Source: Candidatus Caccopulliclostridium gallistercoris (lineage in GTDB: Bacteria > Bacillota > Clostridia > Christensenellales > UBA1242). Taken from it: a stretch of DNA of 64,000 bases. The notes beneath the pieces were generated by a model. That model had not been told where the DNA came from, did not search any database, and worked only from the letters and a program-made list of their open reading frames with translations. Made by a program: the position numbers and the translations under genes. This document shows positions 1-6,839 of this stretch, piece after piece (positions within the stretch are counted from its first letter, which is position 1; each line of letters begins with the position of its first letter). The stretch lies in assembly GCA_018713725.1 (NCBI GenBank), contig DVOJ01000004.1:19881-83880 (forward strand). Reading direction: 5' to 3'.

Positions 1-570
1 GGCAGTGGAGAGCCGCTAGATAACTATGCTGAAGTAGTAAATTTTTTGAAGATTATAAGTTCGCCGGAGAGTTTAAATATTTCTCCTAGAAACATATCGC
101 TTTCAACTTGTGGGCTTATTGATAAAATAGATAGGCTATCCAAAGAAAATTTGCCAATCACTCTCACAATTTCCTTACATGCACCAAACGGGCAAATTAG
201 GGAAAAGATTATGCCAGTAGCAAAGGCGTATAAATACGATGAATTAATAAAATGTGCAAAACGCTATTTTAAAAACACGGGCAGACGCGTTGTGTATGAA
301 TACGCACTAATTGCAGGTGTAAACGATAGCTTAAAGAATGCAGAAGAGCTTGCAAGAAATTTGAAAGGCGATTATTCCTTCCATGTAAATATAATTCCAC
401 TTAACGAAGTAAAGGAGCGTGGGCTTAAATCTTCCAAAAACGCATATACTTTTATGAACGCACTTGAAAAATTGGGCGTGAGCGCAACGGTTAGGCGAAC
501 TATGGGAGAAGACATAGAAGGCGCTTGTGGACAACTTAGAAATAAAATATTAAAAGATGAAAATTTATGA
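1..570 (+). CDS. rlmN: Radical-SAM rRNA/tRNA adenine-C2 methyltransferase RlmN, C-terminal part (5' end outside window)
   Basis: Frame 1 is open from base 1 (GSGEPLDNYAEVVNFLK...). ISLSTCG, TISLHAP, IPLN and the C-terminal GEDIEGACGQL are typical of the RlmN/Cfr family. TGA stop at 568-570. Confidence 0.85.
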   Translation, partial: GSGEPLDNYAEVVNFLKIISSPESLNISPRNISLSTCGLIDKIDRLSKENLPITLTISLHAPNGQIREKIMPVAKAYKYDELIKCAKRYFKNTGRRVVYEYALIAGVNDSLKNAEELARNLKGDYSFHVNIIPLNEVKERGLKSSKNAYTFMNALEKLGVSATVRRTMGEDIEGACGQLRNKILKDENL

Positions 571-917
571 ATAAATTAATAAAAAATAATATTATTTTAA
601 TAAAAAAATCTAAATTTTTAACATTTTTATATGAAATTGATAATTTAGAAGAAATTAAAGAAATAATAAATAATTTAAAAATAGAACATAAAAAGGCTAC
701 GCATATTTGTTACGCCTATAAAATAGGTGTTAATGCAAAATATTTTGACGACGGAGAGCCTGCGGGCACTGCTGGCAAGCCTATATTTAACGTTATAGAA
801 AAGAAAAATTTAAATAACGTATTAATTATAGTTATTAGATATTTTGGTGGAATAAAACTTGGTGCGGGCGGACTTTTTAGAGCATATTCTAATTGTGCGT
901 CGGAAATTTTAAAATAA
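567..917 (+). CDS. IMPACT/YigZ-family (UPF0029) N-terminal-domain protein, short 116-aa form
   Basis: ATGA start/stop overlap with rlmN. Motifs ATHICYAY, DDGEPAGTAGKPI and RYFGGIKLGAGGL are characteristic of the YigZ/IMPACT fold. Confidence 0.75.
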   Translation: MNKLIKNNIILIKKSKFLTFLYEIDNLEEIKEIINNLKIEHKKATHICYAYKIGVNAKYFDDGEPAGTAGKPIFNVIEKKNLNNVLIIVIRYFGGIKLGAGGLFRAYSNCASEILK

Positions 918-920
918 AAA

Positions 921-950
921 AGCTGCAAAAATTGCAACTTTTTTATTTTT
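921..950. terminator. Hairpin plus T-run between convergent genes
   Basis: agctgcaa-aaa-ttgcaact (one mismatch) followed by ttttttattttttt. Confidence 0.55.
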
Positions 951-983
951 TTATTAATTTTAATTAAATTTTTAACGAATTTT

Positions 984-2159
984 TTAAATTTCTCTTGTTT
1001 CGTTTATGCCTTCAATAAATCCGCAAGGTGAAGGGCAGGTGTAGTCTGGAAATGTGCAACGTGCGCCTTTTGAGTAAGCTTTTAATGTGTCTTTTCTAGG
1101 GTGATTTTTTCTTTCAAGTTCTTCTATATATTTTTTAAGAGTTCCGTTCGTTACGTCGTTTATTTCTAGTTGAGCAAAGGAACATTTTCGTTCTTTCATT
1201 TTTAAAATAAAGTTTTCAAGTGTTCCTTGTTCATTTATATTAATTAGCATGCCCTGTGGAAGTACGGAAGATTGCTTTTTACAATCTTCTAGCCACTCTT
1301 TGCAAAGTTTTTCATCATTTCTTAAAATTTTTGGCAAATAGAACTCATCTGTTTCAAGTAAACTCATGGAATACCAAATTGTTCTGTGCCTTTGCGCTTG
1401 TGCAAGTTCTGCAAAGGAAGCTTTATATCTTGTGGAATATGTATCGCCAAACTCTTCAAAAGGTGTGTAATCTGAAAATAAGCTTAGCTTTCTTTTTTTA
1501 TCGTCTGCATTAATTCTTTCATCAACAAGGCCAGTAACTTTACTAACGGCTTCACAAAATTCTTTTATGTAAGGTTTAAGTGCGTTTCTAAATTTATTAT
1601 CCGTTTGTGTTTCTAGTTCGTTCATTAAAAAATGATAAACTCTATTAAGTTGCCCATATTGCACAGTGTAGAGCATAGATGTTGGCGTGAAAACGGAAAT
1701 TAAGTAGCGCGCATTTTCTTGTGCAAGTTTTTCTATTTTATTATTTGTGAAAAATTTTGGGTATTTTTCTTGATATTTTGCCGTAATTAATTCTTTAAAT
1801 TTATTTAGCCATTTATTATAAAGCTCTTTTTCTTCTTCTTTTAATACCATTTTTGTGTATCTTGCAGATTTTTCACTTGTGTTGTACATCTTTTCATTGT
1901 TTAGAACCATAGCAAGAGCCTTTGGTATATCTTCTAAATATAGGCTAATTGATGCGTGGTCGTAAACGCTTAGGTGCTTTGAATTTTTTGTTTGATTTAT
2001 CCTCGCCTTTGTTTTCTCGTCGGGTTCATTTAAAAGAGTGTTTAAGTCTGCCGGCATATAGCAGATGCCTGCAGCTTTTCCACTAAGGTTATCGAACTCT
2101 TCCTTTAAAGTCGGGCTTTTTTGAATGAAATCTGTTTGCGCAAGTATACTTATTTTCAT
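984..2159 (-). CDS. Divergent ThyX-like (flavin-dependent thymidylate synthase fold) protein, apparently two fused ThyX-like halves, Cys-rich C-terminus
   Basis: The first half has H-LSVYDH-AS, SEKSARY and ARYLISVFTPTS...LNRVYHF. The second half has AQAQRHRTIWYSMS, FYLP and NFILKMKERKCSFAQLEI. These resemble ThyX motifs (HxSxxEH, RHRxxS..SxRY, ARxxLP, AQxEIR) split over two halves. SD ggagaaa lies upstream. Confidence 0.4.
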   Translation of the reverse strand: MKISILAQTDFIQKSPTLKEEFDNLSGKAAGICYMPADLNTLLNEPDEKTKARINQTKNSKHLSVYDHASISLYLEDIPKALAMVLNNEKMYNTSEKSARYTKMVLKEEEKELYNKWLNKFKELITAKYQEKYPKFFTNNKIEKLAQENARYLISVFTPTSMLYTVQYGQLNRVYHFLMNELETQTDNKFRNALKPYIKEFCEAVSKVTGLVDERINADDKKRKLSLFSDYTPFEEFGDTYSTRYKASFAELAQAQRHRTIWYSMSLLETDEFYLPKILRNDEKLCKEWLEDCKKQSSVLPQGMLININEQGTLENFILKMKERKCSFAQLEINDVTNGTLKKYIEELERKNHPRKDTLKAYSKGARCTFPDYTCPSPCGFIEGINETREI

Positions 2160-2208
2160 TTGTGTTTCTCCGAGGAGAGATTAACACAAAACGTTTAAAA
2201 AGTCAAGT

Positions 2209-3297
2209 TTAGTTATTGGTATTTAATAAATTCAAAAAGGCTTGTTTATTGTTTTTTAACCTTTCATCGTCGCTAAGCTTTATTGCTTCTTCTACGTTTG
2301 TTAAAGCCTTGCTGTATTCTCCGATATTGTAGTATGCTAGTGAAAGATAGTCGTAGGGAAGAGAGCCCCAGCAAACTGGCGATGAAATATAGGTTAGCGC
2401 GCGCTCTTTTATTTTGAACATCTCTTCAAAAGTAACTGCGCACTTTAAAAACTCTTTTTCTTCGTAGTAGAGAAGAGCAAGTTCAAAATAAGCTTCTCGC
2501 GTGTAGTTACATTCAAGAATTGCTTTTAAAAAATATTCTTCGGCTAAATTATATAGCCCTTTATATTTATAACATAATGCAATAAACCTTAGGCTTGCGC
2601 AGCGCTCTTCCGCCCACGTGGCAGTAGGAAGTGCTAGGTGATATTTTAGCGTTTCAATAGCTTTGTCGTACTCTCTGTTGAACATATACTCGCGGCCTAA
2701 ATAGTGCGCGTTTCTATCGTCGTTCGGGCGCTCTTTTAAACTGAGCTCTAAAAGCGGCAAATAGCTTGCTCTGGATTTTGTGTTGTCTGCCTTGTGGTTT
2801 AACTGTACACCCGGGAGTGTGATTGTATCATAAACATTGTTATCTATTTGAGTTAAAATTTCATGCACGGGGTGCGTCCAAATAAACGCGCCCTTTTTAT
2901 GCATTTTATCCGCCATAAAAACATAACCTTCGCTACCGTCTGGATTAAAGTTCCAAGTGTAGCGATATCTAGCGCGCCCGGTGTTTTCCGTCCAATTTTC
3001 TTTTAAAATTTTACACCAGCCTTTTTCAAAATATTCGTCTATATCTACGCAAACGCAAATATCCGTATCTTCCGGCACAAGTTCTAAGCTGTCGTTTCTA
3101 GCTTTATCAAACCTAAATTTTTTATATTTTTTTTGTTTTGTTATTACTCCAAGTTCTTTAAAACGCTCAAAGGTGCCATCCGTGCTTCCTGTATCTAGCA
3201 CGCAAACGTAGTCTGCTTCCTTAACACTTTCATACCAGCGGTCAACAAATTTAATTTCATTTTTTGCAATTGCATATACACATACTTTTTTATTCAT
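2209..3297 (-). CDS. Glycosyltransferase (GT2-like N-terminal domain) fused to TPR repeats
   Basis: N-terminus VCVYAIAKNE..FVDRWYESV..VCVLDTGSTDGT and CVCVDIDE (DxD-like). The C-terminal half has repeated AxxYxxxALxxxP-type TPR-like helices. Confidence 0.65.
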   Translation of the reverse strand: MNKKVCVYAIAKNEIKFVDRWYESVKEADYVCVLDTGSTDGTFERFKELGVITKQKKYKKFRFDKARNDSLELVPEDTDICVCVDIDEYFEKGWCKILKENWTENTGRARYRYTWNFNPDGSEGYVFMADKMHKKGAFIWTHPVHEILTQIDNNVYDTITLPGVQLNHKADNTKSRASYLPLLELSLKERPNDDRNAHYLGREYMFNREYDKAIETLKYHLALPTATWAEERCASLRFIALCYKYKGLYNLAEEYFLKAILECNYTREAYFELALLYYEEKEFLKCAVTFEEMFKIKERALTYISSPVCWGSLPYDYLSLAYYNIGEYSKALTNVEEAIKLSDDERLKNNKQAFLNLLNTNN

Positions 3298-3400
3298 ACT
3301 TAATTTTTATGTTTTAAATTTTATTTTTGTGATATTTAATAAAAAATCTTTAAAAAATTAAAAAAATATGCTATAATTTTTAAAAAAATGGAGATTTTTT

Positions 3401-4015
3401 ATGAATTTAAAGCAAATTTTTGAAAATTTTAATGCATATGATAATAAAACTGCATTAAATATTATTAAAAAAAATAATGAAAATAGTTTAGATGTAAACG
3501 ATAAAAATTTAATTATTGTTGCTGGTCCAAACGGTAGTGGAAAAACTACGCTGGTTGCAAATTTATATAATAGCCGCGCGCTTTCTTACCCATACCTAAA
3601 CGCCGACCTTTTTGCAAGCACAGTGCTATCTTTTATAGCAGACGACCTAGAAAGAAATAAAAGTTCTATGTATTACACAATGGATAAGGTGGCAAAATAC
3701 ATAAATATAGGCAAAAGTTTTTGTTACGAAACCGTGCTTTCACACCCAAGCAAGATAGAACTTATTAAACTTGCAAAGGAAAAGGGGTATAAAATAACAT
3801 CAATTTTTGTGTACACCAATTCGCCGAGCATAAACATAGAACGTGTGAAAGCAAGAGCGGAGCAGGGCGGACACGACGTGCCTATTGATAAAATCCAGAG
3901 CAGATATTATAGAAGCATAGAACTTTCAAAAGAATTAAAACTCTTATCAGATAAGTACTATTCCTTTGATAATTCTAAAACTTTAACAATTAAAAACTTT
4001 GAAATAGAAAAATAA
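3401..4015 (+). CDS. Zeta-toxin-like / P-loop kinase family ATPase (no partner antitoxin visible)
   Basis: Walker A IVAGPNGSGKTT, followed by YLNADLF, ETVLSHP and GGHDVP, as in zeta-toxin/AAA_33-type kinases. SD ggag lies 7 nt upstream. Confidence 0.6.
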   Translation: MNLKQIFENFNAYDNKTALNIIKKNNENSLDVNDKNLIIVAGPNGSGKTTLVANLYNSRALSYPYLNADLFASTVLSFIADDLERNKSSMYYTMDKVAKYINIGKSFCYETVLSHPSKIELIKLAKEKGYKITSIFVYTNSPSINIERVKARAEQGGHDVPIDKIQSRYYRSIELSKELKLLSDKYYSFDNSKTLTIKNFEIEK

Positions 4016-4041
4016 AAGTGGAAGCTCCACTTTTATTTTTT
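4014..4041 (+). terminator. Rho-independent terminator
   Basis: gtgga-agc-tccac followed by ttttatttttt. Confidence 0.7.
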
Positions 4042-4446
4042 ATTTATATGCTTGTGCTGAGTGATTTTTCTTTATTAAATTCGCCTTAATTAATGCATCT
4101 TCTAAATATTTGCCGTCATCAATTATAATTTGCTTATATTTTGGTTTTGAAAATTCATCAATAAATATGTTGAAATTATTTTTTACTTCTTGAATAATTC
4201 TTCAGTGTTACCCCTGTCGCGATAACATTTTATAATATTTTGCTATATTTTAACAAAAAAAGATAAGAGAGTATTCCGCTTGGTCTAAGTGTGTGCTTGT
4301 TTGGCGGAGCGACAGCAACGCCACTTGTATATGACAAGCGCACGTCTAAGTGTCAAATTCTAAATTTTTTTTAAAATCTATTATTATTAGTACATTTATA
4401 TGATGATCTTATGCTATAATATCAAATTAGGAGAGATACATAATTT

Positions 4447-4929
4447 ATGTTTTTTAAAATCGCAACCATTGAAGATAAGAATAAAATTTTAGATTTTTAT
4501 TATGAATATTATCTAAACAATAAAGAAATATATAAGCCTGAGATGTCTCTAGATGAATGGCTTAAAAAACTTTTTTGTAGTTATCATAACAAAGAAGTGA
4601 TGTATTTAATGTATAGAAAAACAGATAATAAATTGATAGGTATTTCTATAATACGTCTAGAATTAAACAACTTTCTACAAAGGTATTGGGGCAATATTGG
4701 ATATTACATTAATATAACAGAGCAGAATAAAGGTTATGGTAAACAATTATTTAGGCTTACTTTACGAGAATGTAAAAAATTAGGTATTGAAAAGGTTTTA
4801 ATTGTTTGTTATAAACAAAATGTCGCTTCTGCTAAAATAATAAAAGCCAATAAAGGTGTTCTTATAGAAGAAATTTTAGATGAAGACAATAAGGAACTTT
4901 TACAAAGATACTATATACAATTAACTTAA
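4447..4929 (+). CDS. GNAT-family N-acetyltransferase
   Basis: Motif-A-like QNKGYGKQLFRLTLRECKKLGIEKVLIVC and a 160-aa length. Confidence 0.7.
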   Translation: MFFKIATIEDKNKILDFYYEYYLNNKEIYKPEMSLDEWLKKLFCSYHNKEVMYLMYRKTDNKLIGISIIRLELNNFLQRYWGNIGYYINITEQNKGYGKQLFRLTLRECKKLGIEKVLIVCYKQNVASAKIIKANKGVLIEEILDEDNKELLQRYYIQLT

Positions 4930-4985
4930 TATGTTTGTAATGTTGTGCTGAATAGTTTAGCTATTTTGCACGTTTGCTCCTTTAT

Positions 4986-5007
4986 CCCAAAAATTAAAAT
5001 TTTTGGG
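4986..5007. repeat. A5T/AT5 hairpin repeat (cccaaaaat-taaa-atttttggg), member of a family
   Basis: Perfect 9-bp stem. Related copies at 30862-30887, 62117-62140 and 62316-62340, plus a variant at 30711-30731. Confidence 0.7.
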
Positions 5008-5018
5008 AACCCTATAAT

Positions 5019-5037
5019 GTGGCGGAATGGCAGCCGC
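5019..5037 (+). pseudogene. Fragment matching positions 7-25 (D-arm) of the adjacent tRNA-Leu, in opposite orientation
   Basis: gtggcggaatggcagCcgc versus gtggcggaatggcagAcgc in the real tRNA (18/19 identical). Preceded by tataat at 5013-5018. Confidence 0.5.
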
Positions 5038-5096
5038 TTATAACTAGTTAATATAAAAAAATAATCCTCGCCTTGACGGCTCGGATTAATTTTTTC

Positions 5097-5178
5097 TGGT
5101 GCGGGCGACGGGACTTGAACCCATACGGTTTCCCACTTGCCCCTTAAACAAGCGCGTCTGCCATTCCGCCACGCCCGC
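5097..5178 (-). tRNA. tRNA-Leu, class II (long variable arm), anticodon read as AAG with G37
   Basis: Reverse complement is GCGGGCG-TG-GCGGAATGGCAGACGC-G-CTTGT-TTAAGGG-GCAAG-TGGGAAACCGT-ATGGG-TTCAAGT-CCCGT-CGCCCGC-ACCA. It has a 7-bp acceptor stem, TTCAAGT T-loop, 11-nt variable arm and encoded CCA. Confidence 0.85.
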
Positions 5179-5247
5179 ATTTTGCTCTATTAATATACTA
5201 TATAGCGTTTATTTTGTCAAGAAATTTTGTAATTTTTGTTTAAATAT

Positions 5248-5276
5248 TTGTCTAATTTTTATATATGTGATATAAT
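5248..5276 (+). promoter_or_regulatory. Sigma70/sigmaA-type promoter (TTGTCT-17-TATAAT, TG-extended)
   Basis: ttgtct at 5248-5253, tataat at 5271-5276, preceded by tgtga. Confidence 0.5.
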
Positions 5277-5298
5277 ACCTAAGATTTAAGGAGACAAT

Positions 5299-5739
5299 AT
5301 GCAAGAATTAGAAATGAAAAATTTTATTCCACAATTAGAGGCAAGGCTTTTAAATTTAAGCTACGATGTTTTACCTATTTCTGTGGGAACAACTGTAAAT
5401 TTAACAGTACAAGATGAAGTTAACATTACAAAGGTTGAAAAGAATAGCATAACCTTTGAATGTACAAGAAATTTGGTTATGGAGCCAAAATCTATTTTTG
5501 AAGCAAAGGCAACTTGCTTTATTAAAAGAAGCATAGACCCAAAACTTGCTGAGGAAATAGACTTAACAACCTACGATGGTTTAAATGAATTTATACAACA
5601 TAACTTAGCTAACCTTGTTAATAGTGCTTTTGCAAATATGAGCCATATATTTGCTAGCATTACTGCAAGTTTTGGCGGAGCGCCTTTCATTACACCACCA
5701 ATTCCAACGCCAAACACAAGAATTATTAGAAAAATTTAA
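5299..5739 (+). CDS. Hypothetical protein (146 aa); the C-terminal pattern loosely resembles SecB-like chaperones
   Basis: Good SD (aaggag). C-terminus ..LANLVNSAFANMSHIFASITASFGGAPFITPPI. No firm family recognised. Confidence 0.5.
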   Translation: MQELEMKNFIPQLEARLLNLSYDVLPISVGTTVNLTVQDEVNITKVEKNSITFECTRNLVMEPKSIFEAKATCFIKRSIDPKLAEEIDLTTYDGLNEFIQHNLANLVNSAFANMSHIFASITASFGGAPFITPPIPTPNTRIIRKI

Positions 5740-5744
5740 GTTTT

Positions 5745-5770
5745 AAGCCGCTTTTAAAAGCGGCTTTTAA
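5745..5770 (+). terminator. Rho-independent terminator
   Basis: aagccgctttt/aaaagcggctt hairpin followed by tttt. Confidence 0.8.
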
Positions 5771-5778
5771 TTTGCCTC

Positions 5779-5807
5779 TTGAAAAACGCATTAAGCTATG
5801 CTAAAAT
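5779..5807 (+). promoter_or_regulatory. Promoter TTGAAA-17-TAAAAT (TG-extended) ending 6 nt before the ATG at 5814 (leaderless candidate)
   Basis: ttgaaa at 5779-5784, tgctaaaat at 5799-5807, ATG at 5814. No SD in between. Confidence 0.5.
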
Positions 5808-5813
5808 GTTTAT

Positions 5814-6839
5814 ATGGAATTTGAAAATGAAGTGTGCGAGCTTTATGGCGAGCGCATGCACAAGAAAAGTAAAAAGAAATTTAGGGGTTTTGTTAAGGGC
5901 GTTGCCGGCTGCATGGGATACGACTTTAAAATTGAAAAGAGCTTAACTGCTAAAAATATAGTGATAGGAAATCCTGAAAAGGCAGATTATATAATAACTG
6001 CCCATTACGATACTCCGCCGCGTCTTCCCAAATTTTTTGTGAAGCATATGCTACTATACTGTTTAATAGCTTTGCCAGCAATAATGCTTGGGCTTAACTA
6101 TTTATTGCCGGAAATTTTGCTTGCAGTAAGCGCACCGTTAAAGGTGTTTGAAGTGCTATCGTATGCTCTTCCAGTTGCAAACCTTGGCATATGCGCAGGG
6201 CTTTTGGGGCACGTTTTTGGAATGCTAGGTAACGCGAATAAGAAAAATTATAACGACAATTCAAGCGGTGTGCTTACAATTTTAAATATGATGGAAAAAT
6301 ATAAAGACGAGCCCGCAGAAATTAAGGATAGATTTTGCTTTGTGCTTACAGATAATGAAGAAAAAGGGCTTTTTGGCGGGTTTTCTTTTGCGAAAAGGCA
6401 TAAAAAAGAGTTAAAAAACAAAACTTTTGTTAACCTAGATTGCGTAGGCAAGGGTGACCAGTTCAATTTATACTATTTTGGTAAAAATGAGCCTAATATT
6501 GTTAAGGAATTAAAGGTTAAAGAAAATGGCAAGTATAGTTTTAAGCCGGTGAGAAGTGGGCTTATGAGCATGAGTGACCATTTGGCGTTTAAAAAACACG
6601 ACCACGTATGCTTGCTTTCCGTAGATAAAAAGAATAATAAGTCCTTATACTCGCAGATTCATTCAGTAAACGATACTAGTTTAGACAGAGAAAATATAGA
6701 CTTTGTTATAAAAACCCTAGACGACGCTTTAATTTCAGGCGAAAGCGCTAGGATTAAAGAAAAGATTAAAGATAAGAAAATTCTACAATTTTTACCTACA
6801 AATTATGGGGGTACAGAAGAAAAAGAGGCTACAATGTAG
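5814..6839 (+). CDS. Membrane-associated M28-family metallopeptidase (aminopeptidase-like)
   Basis: ITAHYDTPP, TDNEEKGLFGG, NLDCVG and MSDHLAF match the M28 metal-ligand pattern. An internal hydrophobic stretch is present (LLYCLIALPAIMLGLNYLLPEILLAV...). Confidence 0.7.
   Translation: MEFENEVCELYGERMHKKSKKKFRGFVKGVAGCMGYDFKIEKSLTAKNIVIGNPEKADYIITAHYDTPPRLPKFFVKHMLLYCLIALPAIMLGLNYLLPEILLAVSAPLKVFEVLSYALPVANLGICAGLLGHVFGMLGNANKKNYNDNSSGVLTILNMMEKYKDEPAEIKDRFCFVLTDNEEKGLFGGFSFAKRHKKELKNKTFVNLDCVGKGDQFNLYYFGKNEPNIVKELKVKENGKYSFKPVRSGLMSMSDHLAFKKHDHVCLLSVDKKNNKSLYSQIHSVNDTSLDRENIDFVIKTLDDALISGESARIKEKIKDKKILQFLPTNYGGTEEKEATM

Noticed and set aside
331-937. Antisense ORFs 331-534 and 716-937 inside rlmN and the yigZ-like gene. 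Similar shadow ORFs occur in other genes: 1256-1513, 2981-3211, 6248-6466, 7295-7528, 8667-9106, 11105-11359, 13475-14866, 15832-16056, 17562-17786, 18968-19571, 20461-21299, 24359-24592, 25649-26153, 26495-26827, 28506-28724, 30353-30610, 31861-32615, 39403-40207, 44421-44645, 48814-49087, 50114-51184, 55452-55652, 59261-59593, 60918-61595 and 63361-63615.
   Set aside because: All lie opposite or out of frame within longer ORFs that have clear family motifs. Their products are low-complexity with no SD or motif. They are typical shadow ORFs.
4040-4200. Calling the minus-strand coding-like fragments a pseudogene feature
   Set aside because: There is no start codon, the fragments need a frameshift to join, and I cannot name a homologue without a search. 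It is mentioned only inside a finding.
4926-5180. 84-aa minus-strand ORF
   Set aside because: It is made of the tRNA-Leu gene and the hairpin-repeat region, so it is not coding.
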